The notes beneath the pieces are model-generated. The model saw only the letters and a list, made by a program, of their open reading frames with translations. It searched no databases and was not told where the DNA came from. Below are positions 1 to 13,768 of a stretch of 64,000 bases of DNA, piece by piece. This stretch comes from Octopus sinensis (lineage: Eukaryota), in contig NC_043024.1 in the NCBI RefSeq assembly GCF_006345805.1, positions 8,866,001 to 8,930,000 of the forward strand, read 5' to 3'. Both the position numbers and the translations under genes were made by a program. Position 1 is the stretch's first letter. Each line of letters opens with the position of its first letter.

Positions 1-263
1 AACCCAATCTGTTTCTTAAACGAGGGACATATTCATACGGCACAGAATGTTTTTTTTTTACCTCAATGGACGTCATTGATTGGTTGAAATTGCAGAAATT
101 GAAGTAAAAAAAACAACAAATATCTTACAAACTATAGAATTTTCTCAATAAAGCCAAGAGAAAAATGTTTTATTTTGACACATTCTACCAGTATACGAAG
201 TTTAAAAGTGTTTAGTTATGTGGAAATTATTTTAAAAAAACTGCCGGTCAAACCGAAAAGATC
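1..263 (+). mobile_element. 3' part of ~410-bp MITE (GGATCTTTTC-TIR family), truncated by window edge
   Basis: Matches the internal and right-end sequence of full copies at 7365, 11804 and 62391; ends AAACCGAAAAGATC. Confidence 0.8.
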
Positions 264-548
264 TGTGTTTTCGGATTTTGCGTGTTTTGGAGGTGGATTT
301 TTCATGTAATAACAAGGACTATGGAGGTGGGGTGGGGGTGATATCTTGACGGTTGCCATAGCAATAAACTATAACTCTATGCATGACCAGGTGGTGATAT
401 TTCAATTTTAGTATTCTTGTTTCTCTGTGTAGGTGGTAAGTGGTTATGGTCTCGTATTGTGGTAAACGGTGGTTGCGGTGAACTATGTTAGAGGTAGTGG
501 TGATGGAATCGCTAGGTTAGAACCACCGCCCTTCCTTTTCCACCAAGT

Positions 549-1582
<1,034 letters not shown>

Positions 1583-2264
1583 CTGCACCAGAGCCTCTAT
1601 TAATCACCACCACCATCACACTTTAGGCAAGAATGTACTGGAAAAAATCTGTGGTTTGTATGTTGTGGAGTATGTGTGTTGTGTATATGCGTAAATGTAT
1701 GTATGTGTATGTGTGAAAGGGGAAAAAAGGTGATGGTGTTTGGACATAAGAAGGTAAACCTGCTGTGACAGGTACATACTATTTGTTCTAGGTGTGGTAG
1801 TGGTGATGGTGCTAGTGCTGGTTTATGCTGGTGGTGGTGGTTATGGTGAAACTAGGTAGTGGTAGGAATCCAGAACAGAACAGAACAGAACAGACATCAA
1901 TAGAGAGATATTTTGTTAGTTTAGCAACAAGTTCCTCTCCCCTTTGGACACTTCCACACTCCCATTTCTCTAGTAAAACATTACTCTACACACCTCACCT
2001 TAGGATTTTCAAATAAAGCTAGAGGTTGGCATTTGGCTATGGTATTGGTTGTAGTTTGGTGGTGGTGATGGAATTTCTTGATCTTTCATAATCTTATTTA
2101 AACTTTACAATTTGAATTTATTCTTAACTCCAGCTGCAGTAGCCAACTTATTGGAATTTCTTGGAAGTTAACACTTGTTGGTTGTTCCTTCTCGAGCCAT
2201 GCCTGGCTCAAAAGGGCCGGTTTCCCAGTTTCTTGGCATATATATTTTATTACTACCCACAAGG

Positions 2265-2468
2265 GGCTAAACATAGAGGGGACAGACATAGGTATTAAGT
2301 CGATTACATCGACCCCAGTGCGTAACTGGTACTTAATTTATCGACCCCGAAAGGATGAAAGGCAAAGTCGACCTCAGCGGAATTTGAACTCAGAACAGAA
2401 CATAGCGGCCGACGAAATACTGCTAAGCATTTCGCCCGGTGTGCTAACGTCTCTGCCAGCTCGCCACC
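2265..2468 (-). mobile_element. tRNA-derived SINE family B (monomer)
   Basis: Reverse complement of GGCGAGCTGGCAG...TTCATCCTTTCGGGGTCGATAAATTAAGTACCAG...CCCCTTGTGGGTAGTA. Confidence 0.85.
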
Positions 2469-2894
2469 TTAGGCTTATCATTAATACCATCACCACCACC
2501 AACACCATTATCAACTGTCAACATCACAACCATCATCATCATCATCATCATCACCGCCACTATCACTACCAGCCACTAACTCATTAATGATTAAGAACAG
2601 CAGTTAAGTCAGAGTATCTCAAGCTACATATGGTGTATGTCAAGTGTCGCATTCACAAGACAATGTAATGGGAGGCACTGTATGAACATGAAGTGGAGAG
2701 GCTATCATGTAATGTGTATATGTGGATGGGAAGTGTATGTGTGTGTATGCGTGTGGTGTGAGGGTGGAGTGGAGTCGATTCACTGACTTCAGAGACGGAA
2801 AACAAATTCAAACTCCCACAGGAGATCTGAATTTAGGCCGTAAAGAGATAAAACTACCGTTTCCATCTTAAACTGCAAATAATATATAATGCTT

Positions 2895-3250
2895 AAGGCG
2901 GCGAGCTGGCAGAATCGTTAGCACGCCGGGCGAAATGCTTTGCGGTATTTCGTCTGTCTTTTTACGTTCTCAGTTCAAATTCCGCCGAGGTCGACTTTGC
3001 CTTTCATCCTTTCGGGGTCGATTAAATAAGTACCAGTTACGCACTGGGTTCGATGTAATCGACTTAATACCTATGTCTGTCCTTGTTTGTCCCCTCTGTG
3101 TTTAGCCCCTTGTGGATAGTAAAGAAATAGGCATTTCGTCTGTTTTTACGTTCTGAGTTCAAATTCTGCCGAGGTCGACTTTGCCTTACATCCTTTCGGG
3201 GTCGATAAATTAAGTACCAGTTACGCACTGGGGTCGATATAATCGACTTA
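2895..3250 (+). mobile_element. SINE family B, head plus two body units
   Basis: Head at ~2896; body repeats after AAAGAAATAG at ~3131. Confidence 0.85.
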
Positions 3251-3484
3251 CCTTCTCCCTCGAACTTGGGGGCCTTCTCCCAAATTTGTAAACCAATATA
3301 TAATTAAAGTTAAGTCTGCATACACACACACAAACTTCTGTTTCTCACAAAGTTCTTTACACACTTACTTAACTCCTTAAGATTCTCCTTTTCTCTTTCT
3401 CCTTTAATTTCTCCTCTTTCCCATTCCAATTTAACACTATATCTCAGGTTTCCCTCTATACTCTCTTCCTTTTTGTCACTTTAA

Positions 3485-3782
3485 CCTCTCTCTCTCTCTA
3501 TCTATCTATCTCTCTGTCTATCTATATCTATCTGTCTGTCTGTCTTTATCTATCTCTCTCTCTATATATATATGTATCTGTCTCTCTCTATGTCTACTCA
3601 TCTATGTCTATCTATCTATCTATCTATCTCTCTATCTGTCTGTCTGTCTATCTATCTATCTGTCTCTCTCTCTCTCTCTATCCATCTATCTATCTATCTC
3701 TTTATCTATCTATTTGTCTGTCTATCTATCTGTATATCTATCTATCTGTCTCTCTCTATCTATCTATCTATCTATCTGTCTG

Positions 3783-3839
<57 letters not shown>

Positions 3840-4001
3840 CTTTTTCCCTTTTCCTTCCACCTGTCCTTACAGCTCACTTTCACTCTTTTAAACCAATTCG
3901 TGTCACGTTATCCATTTTCGTCCTCCCACTCCGATTCAACTTCATGTCTTCACTTTCTACTTTAGAAAGTTCCTTACCCTTTGTCTCTGCATCTGTCTTT
4001 C

Positions 4002-4056
<55 letters not shown>

Positions 4057-4060
4057 AAGT
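3485..4060. repeat. Compound (TCTA)n/(CT)n/(GA)n microsatellites
   Basis: Directly visible; source of the low-complexity ORFs at 3572-4066. Confidence 0.95.
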
Positions 4061-4219
4061 AATTAGTGGGAGTGTGTGAGCGTGTAATATATATATATAT
4101 ATATATATCTTTCGGTAAAACTCTATGATGTTATGGGTGAATCTGTGACATTGTCTTTCATCTACTGGACAAAGCTGAACAAACATACACACTCTTTAAT
4201 GACAGACAACATCGCCATT

Positions 4220-4233
4220 AATATATATATATA

Positions 4234-4309
<76 letters not shown>

Positions 4310-4525
4310 TGTGTGTGTGTGTGTGGTGTGTGTGTGTGGTGTGTGTGTGTGGTGTGTATAATATATATGTGTGTGTGTATATATGGTGTGTATATATATA
4401 TGTGTGTGTTATATATATATATGTGTGTGGTGTGTATAATATATGTGTGTGTATATATATATATATATGTGTGTGTGTGTATAATATGTGTGTGTGTGTA
4501 TAATATATATGTGTGTGTGTATATA

Positions 4526-4579
<54 letters not shown>

Positions 4580-4785
4580 GTGTGTATAATATATGTGTGT
4601 GTGTATATATGTGTGTGTATATATATATGTGTGTATATATATATATATGTGTGTGTGTGTGTATAATATATGTGTGTACATATATATATATATGTGTGTG
4701 TGTGTATAATATATGTGTGTGTGTGTATAATATATATGTGTGTATATATATATATATGTGTGTGCGTGTATAATATATGTGTGTG

Positions 4786-4818
<33 letters not shown>

Positions 4819-4854
4819 ATAATATATATATATGTGTGTGTGTGTATATATATA

Positions 4855-4885
<31 letters not shown>

Positions 4886-4886
4886 C
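4220..4886. repeat. Compound (TA)n/(TG)n microsatellite
   Basis: Directly visible. Confidence 0.95.
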
Positions 4887-5489
4887 ATTTCTCATATATC
4901 AGAATTCCTCTTCTCTTGATGTTCACTCTCCTCCTTGGACACCTTTCATTCATCCACACCTAGTCTGTCTTTAAATAAACTAGCTCTATTTCAACCCTTT
5001 CTTTTTTTTTACTTCCACCTCTTCTACTCTCATATATAAGAAATGAAATCGAAAAAACGAAACAAAAGACGATGCCTAAAAAGAAAATTAAAACGAACGA
5101 ACGAGCAACATAGGATAGCAAAGTGCGACATGGGTTATTTCTTTGTATAAAAAGCGAAACAATATACAAATTTCTTCATAATCGAAAAGAGAAAAAAAGG
5201 GGATTATGAGTGTGACAAGTTACCTGATAAAGTTGATAAAGTTTAGTGCGAGAATAAACTTTTTTTCCTGTGTAATCCGATGACTGTAGGTCCGTCCGTT
5301 GAGTGTCACAAACTCGACGGCCCAGTAAAAGTGGTTTTGCTACTTAGTGGAGGGAAAGTAAGGAAAATTAGTGAAAGAAGAGAGAGAGGGGAAAAGATAG
5401 GAGGTGATAGAAACATAGAGAATGTGATGGAGAAGGAGAGAAGTTATAGACTTGTGTGTGTGGTAAATTGTATGTGCATAAGAGAGAGG

Positions 5490-6150
5490 GCAGGCTGAAA
5501 CGTTAGCACGCAGGGCGAAATGCTTAGCAGTATTTCGGCTGCCGTTACGTTCTGGGTTCAAATTCCGCCGAGGTCGACTTTGCCTTTCATCCTTTCGGGG
5601 TCGATAAATTAAGTACCAGTTATGCACTGGGGTCGATGTAATCAGCTTAGTCCGTTTGTCTGTCCTTGTTTGTCCCCTCTGTGTTTAGCCCCTTGTGGGT
5701 AATAAAGAAATAGGTATTTCGGCTGCCGTTACATTCTGAGTTCAAATTCCACCAAGGTCGACTTTGCATTTCATCCTTTCGGGGTCGATTAAATAAGTAC
5801 CAGTTACGCACTGGGGTTGATATAATCGACTTAATACCTATGTTTGTCCTCTCTATGTTTAGCCCCTTGTGGGTAGTAAAGAAATAGGTATTTTGGCTGC
5901 CGATACATTCTGAGTTCAAATTCCAATGAGTTCGACTTTACCTTTCATCCTTTCGGGGTCGATTAAATAACTACCAGTTATGCACTGTGGTCGATGTAAT
6001 CGACTTAATCCGTGCGTCTGTCCTTGTTTGTCCTCCCTATATTTGGCCCCTTGTGGTAGTAAAGAAATAGGTATTTCGGCTGCCGCTACGTTGTGAGTTC
6101 AAATTCCGCCGAGGTCGACTTTGCCTTTTATCCTTTCGGATCGATAAATT
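5490..6150 (+). mobile_element. SINE family B tandem array (one head, ~3.5 body units of ~180-190 bp)
   Basis: The unit junction AAAGAAATAG|GTATTT recurs at ~5712, ~5887 and ~6070. Confidence 0.85.
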
Positions 6151-7364
6151 TCTGTGACCTCCTAATATGCTACTAAATCCCTCTTAGGGATTCGAAAAAC
6201 GGGGTAGGGTGAGATGGAAGCCTCGGAAATTTCACCCCCACCCTATTGATCTTTTCACCCGCACGATTCTCACTAAGGAAAAAAAAATAATAAAAATCGC
6301 GCCCAAACTAATTTTTGTGTGTATAGGCGGGAAGGAGAAAGATGAACGATTTAAAATAAATAAATAAGCTATTTTAAATAATATATCTTAATTGTTGTGT
6401 GAGAAAGTATATATATTTTGATGATAAAATATAGTATCTTTCAAAAACATTCAAAATTTATAGATTATATCTTGAGTGTTTAAGAAAAAAAAAGCATTTT
6501 ACAGAAATAAATTTTCCAGACTGTGAATTACATGGTTCGTTATCAAATATATCCTCTTCGACCTCGCTCCTTTTTCCGAACCAAAATAAGGGATTTGCAG
6601 CATATTAGGAGGTCGGGGTACTTGATTCCACACAAAAAAAAATCCATTTTTTTTCTTTGTGAAAATCGTGCGGGTGTTAATATAAAAACCTACCGGTCTT
6701 TTTTGCCGAACCACTAATTGACAAGGGCGAAAACAAACCTACACAGGCTGACAAGCTGTGGTGGGGGACTAAGACACACACGCACATAGACATACAGGCA
6801 ATCGCCATACATATATACCACGGGCTTCTTTCAGTTTCCGTCTATCAGATCCACTCACAAGGCTTTAGTCGACCCGAGGCTATAGCAGTTTAATGAAGAT
6901 TTGGTTGCTATTTTTAGACAATCGAGAGACCACATAAAGATTTCGTGTGTATGCTCATCTACATAACAACAGTTGCAACTTCTTATATGTTGGCAATGGA
7001 AGTTTTTGATTGGCCATAATTACATAATTTTAAATGCTTGTAACTTTTATGAATACAATTTGGGCCAAAATTTATTTGAAATCAATAATGTTACAAGACA
7101 AAAATATCAAATGTAGGGGTTTAAATGAGATGATTAAGTACAAATGTTCGGGGTTAGCAAGAAATATTCTTTGGATGAGGATGTAAGAGACATAACTCCA
7201 AATATTTGAGTATTACTGGGTTTCACCACCGTATGATGTTCACCATTGCTTTGGACAATTATATATCAACTGACTAAGTTGGTATATAATCGTCCAAAGA
7301 TCGGACACGGGAGACTCAGAGTTAATATTTGTGAAGTGTCAAGGTTCTAAAACTGATCCCACTT

Positions 7365-7771
7365 GGATCTTTTCGGTTTGAACGGCAGTTTTTTCTAGCA
7401 GTGTCATATGAAATTGTCACCCATAATTATGACCCTAGTATCGATCTATTGCTTTTCAATCTGTTTTAGGGTTAGGGGGAAGGGTATCTTTTTTTCTTCA
7501 CAAATGTAAATAAACCCAATCTGTTTCTTAAACGAGGGACATATTCATACGGCAAAGAATACTTTTTTTAGCTCAATAGACGTCATTGATTGGTTGAAAT
7601 TGCAGAAATTGAAGGAAAAAAACAACAAATATCTAACAAACTACAGAATTTTCTCAATAAAGCCAAGAGAAAAAGATGTTTTATAAACACATTCTACCAG
7701 TATACGAAGTTTAAAAGTGTTTAGTTACCTAGAAATTATGTTAAAAACTGCCGTTCAAACCGAAAAGATCC
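7365..7771 (+). mobile_element. MITE, ~410 bp, TIR GGATCTTTTCGGTTTGAACGGCAGTTTT
   Basis: ~28-bp terminal inverted repeats, non-coding, six copies in the window; no consistent TSD seen. Confidence 0.85.
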
Positions 7772-7815
7772 GAGCACTTAATATTTAGGTAGTGTGACAG
7801 AAATATGCATGCACA

Positions 7816-8180
7816 TCTTTATATATAAGAGTGAAGTTGTGTGTCTGTCTCCTACGATTTAGATTCCTAATTACTCCCACATTTTGCGGTGCAGTTTAAC
7901 CAAAAGCGGGTATCTTATAGTCGTGATTCATATCGAGCCCTTCTGGGTATTAGCGCACGTATTAGCATTTTTTCCATTTTAATGCATTTTTTCGCAATTA
8001 TATAAGGGAAGTAACTCTCTAAAAATGTCTACGATGAGTCAACGATTTTTTAAAAATTTACCATCATTTTTTTCCCCATTTTTAATGCATTTTTTTGCTA
8101 GTTTTTGGCTATAACTCTCTAAGAATGCTTATATAGTTATTTCCCTTACAAACCCGAGCAACGCCGGGCGATACTGCTAG
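7816..8180 (+). mobile_element. Non-autonomous Helitron (H1)
   Basis: A|TC start; same 3' hairpin and CTAG|T end as 721-1231. Confidence 0.8.
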
Positions 8181-8692
8181 TATACACTAATTCACAATAG
8201 AAATTTAGATACACACACACTGTCTGTCTTTCTCTCTCTCTCTTTGTCTCCTTTATACCTGCAAATTCTTTTTCTCCCTCACATATACATACACACACAT
8301 CAGCATGTGTATAGGAATAATATGATAATGTGTGCAGACACTAACGTACAGGTGTATACACACACTCAATGTCTTCTTGTCGGGTTTGTTGACATAAACC
8401 AGGTCTTCAGCAGTACCCCTCTTCCTTCACCGTAACAGTACCACCCCATAATAATTTCCTTTCATCACCGTTCTTTGGTTTCTTACTCTAACGATTGCTT
8501 GTCTTCTTTGCTTTCTGTTATTCTCTGTTTTAAACCATTGCCCCATATTTGTGTAATCTCCTCCTTCTCCACCGTCACCCCATTCACCTCTTCTTTTCTT
8601 CTCACCCACCAAACTTCTTACTAGGTTCTTCTTTAGAGAGAGTGTAACTGCAAGGTGTGGGTGAATGGTAGTTGAGTACAGAGACTGTTTAA

Positions 8693-9047
8693 AGAAGGCG
8701 GCGAACTGGCAGAATCGTTAGCACGCCGGGCGAAATGCTTAGCGGTATTTCGTCTGCCTCTACGTTCTGAGTTCAAATTCCACCGAGGTCGACTTTGCCT
8801 TTCATCCTTTCAGGGTCGATAAATTAAGTACCAGTTACGCACTGGAATCGATGTAATCGACTTAAACCATTTGCCTGTCCTTGTTTGTCCCCTCTGTGTT
8901 TAGCCCCTTGTGGGTAGTAAAGAAATAGGTATTTCATTTACCGTTACGTTGTGAGTTCAAATTCCGCCAAGGTCGACTTTGCCTTAATCCTTTCAAGGTC
9001 GATAAATTAAGTACCAGTTGCATACTGAGGTCGATCTAATCAACTGG
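8693..9047 (+). mobile_element. SINE family B, head plus second partial unit
   Basis: Same sequence as other family B copies. Confidence 0.85.
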
Positions 9048-10935
9048 TCCTGCATAAATCAGACACCAACAGGAAGAAGCGGAATAAATCCTCCAACCAT
9101 CTCAAGCAAGTGACAAAAAATGCAGTGCTTGAATTTGAACAGTGCATAGCAGCCAATCCTGACAGCAAGGTTTTCTGGAAATATGTGCATTCAAAGCAGA
9201 GACCTCACTCTCCAGTGGGCCCTCTTCGCAACCCTCACACGAACCAGATCACTGACGACCCCAAGGAATGCGCAGAACTCATTGCCGAGTGCTATGCAAA
9301 CATATTCACTGTCGAAAGTCAAAATGTACCATCTTCACCATCACTAACAGCAAACTCCATAACAACTATGGAATTACACCTGCAATGCTGCGACGTCACC
9401 TTCAAAATAAGCGCAACTATGCCTCCCCTAGTCTCGATGGAGTTACATACCTGCTTCTCAAACGTGGCAGGCACTTCCTTTTACACACACGCTTTCTATT
9501 TTCTTCCAGTACTGTCTCAACAATGGTGCTACTCCGGAGCAGTGGAAAACTGCCAGTGTCATTCCTCTGTTCAAAAAGGTTGACCGCACATCACCTGTCA
9601 ACTATCGCCCAGTCAGTCTCACTAGCTGTATTGCAAAACTGATGGAATCGTGTGTCAGAGAAACACTCTGGAACTTCTGGAGCTCTCACAGTCTCATCCG
9701 ACCCTCACAATATGGATTTGTCCCTAACTCCAGCTGCGTGACCGGCTTGTCGAGTTCCTTGAGGACATTACTCAGATCACTGACAGTGGCTCATGGGTGG
9801 ATGTTGTCTACCTTGACTTTGCTAAGGCTTTCAACTCTGTGCCACACAAAAGGCTTATGGTGAAACTCTCTGCAATGGGTGTGGGGGATGACCTTTTTAA
9901 CTGGTTGAAATCCTTCATCCTCAGCCGAAAGGAGGTAGTCACAGTTCTAGGACAGCACTCTACACCATATGAGATGTCATCGGGTGTACCACAGGGATCT
10001 GTCCTTGGTCCCCTCCTGTTTGTGACATACATTAATGACATAGATGCCAATTTAAAGAATGCCACAGTATTGAAATATGCAGACGACATCAAGCTGTACC
10101 TTGAAATCAAGAGGACTGATCCTGATGTCTACAACTCTTTCCTGCAATCAGACCTAGACACAATGCAGCAATGGATCACAGACTGGCAACTGAAACTGGC
10201 TGTGGACAAGTGTACCACCATGCATTTTGGGAGAAAAAACCCTGCGTCCACATACTCCCTCCACAACACTGATATCAAGAAATCCTCTTGCGAGCGTGAC
10301 CTAGGCATCACTGTCAGCAGTGATTTGCGTTGGACAAAGCATATCTCTAAAATTGTCAAGAAGGCCGAGGGTGTCTTGGCATCACTCAGTAAGACTTTTG
10401 TTAGCCGCTCTCCAGCCATCTATTTAAAACTGTATACAGCTATGGTACGACCACACTTGGAATTCGCATCATCAGTTTGGAATCCCTATCTTGCTCAGAA
10501 CATTGACCTCCTGGAATCTGTCCAGAGACGTGCAACCAAACGCATACCCTCCATCAGACACCTACCATATTCTGAGCGCCTTGTTTCCCTGGGCATGGAT
10601 TCACTGAAGCTCCGGCGTCTGGCGACGGACTTGGTAACACCCACAAGGTTATCAACCACCTCACCAACAACAACACTGAACACCTTTTTGATCTCCATGT
10701 GTCTAACACACGTGGACATGCCTACAAAGTCAGAAAACAGCACAGCTCCCATGACTTTCGGAAACATTTTTTCACGCTCAGGGTTGCTAAGCGTGGAATA
10801 AACTGCCTGCATCAGTTGTTGACTGCCATGACACTGCATCCTTTAAGGCCCTCATGCTTCCCGAAATCCGTCGAAACCACACCTGATTATATATACACTT
10901 TAGATGAGTTGTAGTGCACCTGAGCACTGTACACA

Positions 10936-10968
<33 letters not shown>
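9048..10968 (+). mobile_element. 5'-truncated, frameshifted CR1/L2-type LINE (reverse transcriptase region)
   Basis: ORF pieces give KVFWKYV, QYGF, VVYLDFAKAFNSVPH, SGVPQGSVLGPLLF, LKYADD, VRPHLEFASSVWNP, LLESVQRRATK; several frameshifts; ends in an (ATT)n tail. Confidence 0.92.
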
Positions 10969-10970
<2 letters not shown>

Positions 10971-11308
10971 TTGACTGCAGCATCATCGCACTTCAGCTCT
11001 TATTTCTAGCACTGTAAGTATTCTAAGTATTCTTAGTCATATTTAATAATCAAATAATCATTATAGTTTTCCTTTTTGATGGTACATTGCTAAACAGCTG
11101 CCTAATTTAATTATATCAGGTACTTAAATGATAGGCACCAGGTTGGGTGGAATTAACAATACTTTTTGGTTATCTCCCCCTATTAAAAAATTGGGTTATC
11201 TCCCTCCTTTTTATGAAAAATATCGGTACTTTTGGTTATCTCCCCAACTAAAAAAGTTGTTTAACTCTCAATAAAAGTAAAAAAAAAGAATGAAAAAAAT
11301 TATAAACA

Positions 11309-11472
11309 TAGGCGTAGGAGTGGCTGTGTGGTGAGTAGCTTGCTTACCAACCACATGGTTCCGGGTTCAGTCCCACTGCGTGGCACCTTGCGCAAGTGTC
11401 TTCTGCTATAGCCTCGGGCCGATCAATGCCTTGTGAGTAGATTTGGTAGACGGAAACTGAAAGAAGCCCGTC

Positions 11473-11566
<94 letters not shown>

Positions 11567-11776
11567 ATGTATGTGTTTGCGTGTTTGTGTTTGTTCCCCC
11601 AACATCGCTTGACAACCGATGCTGGTGTGTTTATGTCCCCGTTACTTAGCGGTTCGGCAAAAGAGACCGATAGAACAAGTACTGGGCTTACAAAGAATAA
11701 GTCCTCGGGTCGATTTGCTCGACTAAAGGCGGTGCTCCAGCATGGCCACAGTCACATAACGGAAACAAGTAAAAGA
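11309..11776 (+). mobile_element. SINE family A, full length, with long internal (TA)n
   Basis: Head, ~125-bp (TA)n, 3' module. Confidence 0.85.
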
Positions 11777-11803
11777 TTATACAATTTCATTAAAAGATAT
11801 TTA

Positions 11804-12217
11804 GGATCTTTTCGGTTTGAACGGCAGTTTTTTCTAGCGGTGTCATATGAAATTGTCACCATAATTATGACCCTAGTATCGATCTATTGCATTTCAATTT
11901 ATTTTAGGGTTAGGGGTAGGGGAAGGGTATCTTTTTTTCTTCAGAAATGTAAATAAACCCAATCTGTTTCTTAAACGAGGGACATATTCATACGGCACAG
12001 AATGTTTTTTTTTTACCTCAATAGACGCCATTGATTGGTTGAAATTGCAGAAATTGAAGAAAAAAAACAACAAATATCTTACAAACTATAGAATTTTCTC
12101 AATAAAGCCAAGAGAAAAAGATGTTTTATAAACACATTCTACCAGTATACGAAGTTTAAAAGTGTTTAGTTACGTGGAAATTATTTTTAAAAACTGCCGT
12201 TCAAACCGAAAAGATCC
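11804..12217 (+). mobile_element. MITE, GGATCTTTTC-TIR family
   Basis: Both TIRs intact. Confidence 0.85.
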
Positions 12218-12345
12218 GAGATGGGCGAAAACTTCGGATCTTGTGAATTTTCCGAAGTCCTCTCTCCCACCCCTTCGGAAAAGATTTCCCCCACAAATTT
12301 CTTTATAACCGTAATGTATACAGTTTGAAAGGTAATTGTATAAAA

Positions 12346-12746
12346 CTAGCAGTATCGCCCGGCGTTCCTTGGGTTTGTAAGGGAAATAACTATATAAGCA
12401 TTTTTAGAGAGTTATAGCCAAAAAATAGCAAAAAAAATGCATTAAAAATGGAAAAGAAATTATGGTAAATTTTTTTTTAAATCGTTGACTCATCGTAGAC
12501 ATTTTTAGAGAGTTACTTCCCTTATATAATAGCGAAAAAATGCATTAAAATGGAAAAAAATTATGGTATTTTTTTTTAAATCGTAGACTCATCGTAGACG
12601 CGTGCTAATACCCAGAAGGGCTCGATATGAATCACGACTATAAGATACCCGAATTTGGTTAAACTGCACCGCAAAATGTGGGAGTAGTTAGGAATCTAAA
12701 TCGAAGGGGACAGACACTCACACAACTACAGTTTTATATATATAGA
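12346..12746 (-). mobile_element. Non-autonomous Helitron (H1)
   Basis: CTAG and hairpin at the left end, TC(TA)n start at the right end, read on the - strand. Confidence 0.8.
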
Positions 12747-13199
12747 TTTCCTTAAAAAAACAAACTACATTTTCTTAATAGTTATGAGAGAAAAACTCGG
12801 ATCTTGTGAATTTTCCGAAGTCCTCTCCCCCACCCCCATTACTTCCCGCGCATTTTTGTATTCAAATTCGTTTCCTACACATTTATTTTTTTAATATCCG
12901 TTGCACTATTTTATATTTATTTCCTTATTTCGTTTCCGGGTAATATTGTAAACATTGACCTAATTTTTGTTTGTTTGTGGGGAGATAACCTAATATTTTA
13001 ATAGTAATTTTTTGTACTGGAGCGAGATAATGAAAAAGTACCCAATTATAGATAATTAAATATCACGGGTGCTTGACACATTAAACAGATAGAGAGAGAG
13101 AGGGAGGAAGGAAGAGAGAAGAAGAGAGAGAGTGACAGAGAGAGAGAGTGACAGAGAAAGGGTGTGAGTGAGTGATGGAGAGTGTGAGACATGGGAATA

Positions 13200-13330
13200 G
13201 GGTGTGAGGTTAGTTCGAAAGAGACGGAGACGAAGTAAGCGGTGAAATTATAAAGAAAGGGTTTTGTTTGGTTTTCGCTTTATACGAGTCGTAGGCGCAG
13301 CAAGCACCAGCAAAAGGCAAATCAGAGACT
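13200..13330 (+). promoter_or_regulatory. Putative promoter/5' UTR of the DUF1295 gene
   Basis: CpG-retaining unique sequence just upstream of the ATG; TATAAA at 13249-13254. Position-based inference only. Confidence 0.35.
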
Positions 13331-13445
13331 ATGTCGGAGTTATTACATTATTTGGGTAGCATCGGCGCTATTGATTTCGGCATCCAGTGGGCCGTGTGGT
13401 CAATTTCGGCAGCTTTGCGAACTGAGAAGTTTTACGATTGTACAG
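13331..13445 (+). CDS. DUF1295 / steroid 5-alpha-reductase-like membrane protein, exon 1
   Basis: ATG at 13331; MSELLHYLGSIGAIDFGIQWAVWSISAALRTEKFYDCT; donor G|gtacgt, phase 1; TEKFYD is typical of this family's N-terminus. Confidence 0.85.
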
Positions 13446-13626
13446 GTACGTATTACCTGTGTATTGCGTGTTTATGTACTCACAGGCCAGGTAAACATAA
13501 CTGAAGGTAGTAGAGAGAGAGGGAAGTGCTGTCTGATAGCAAGTTTACTGAAAGGTGAGTAAATGTCGCAAGAATGGCCAGTATAAAGGGACCAATTCTG
13601 AGGATACACCTGTAGTATAAAAAAGT

Positions 13627-13768
13627 TTAAGGTTGTCCCAAAAGTTCGTAGAAACTCTTGGAAAATAATGGTCTTTATTTTGAGGAATAATTTTTGTTGT
13701 TTTTGTTAGTACTTGGCGAGTAAAAATTCAATTTTCGCAAGTGTTTACGAACTTTTGGGACAACCTAA
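13627..13768. mobile_element. Mariner-type MITE (~142 bp)
   Basis: TIR AGGTTGTCCCAAAAGTTCGTA, reminiscent of mariner TTAGGTTG ends; near-identical copy at 14514. Confidence 0.75.

Noticed and set aside
6890-7350. Unique-looking stretch that might hide an exon
   Set aside because: No open frame with flanking splice signals or recognisable motif found on either strand.
9797-10801. 334-aa RT ORF as a host gene or active LINE
   Set aside because: 5'-truncated with several frameshifts on both sides and no endonuclease domain; a dead copy.
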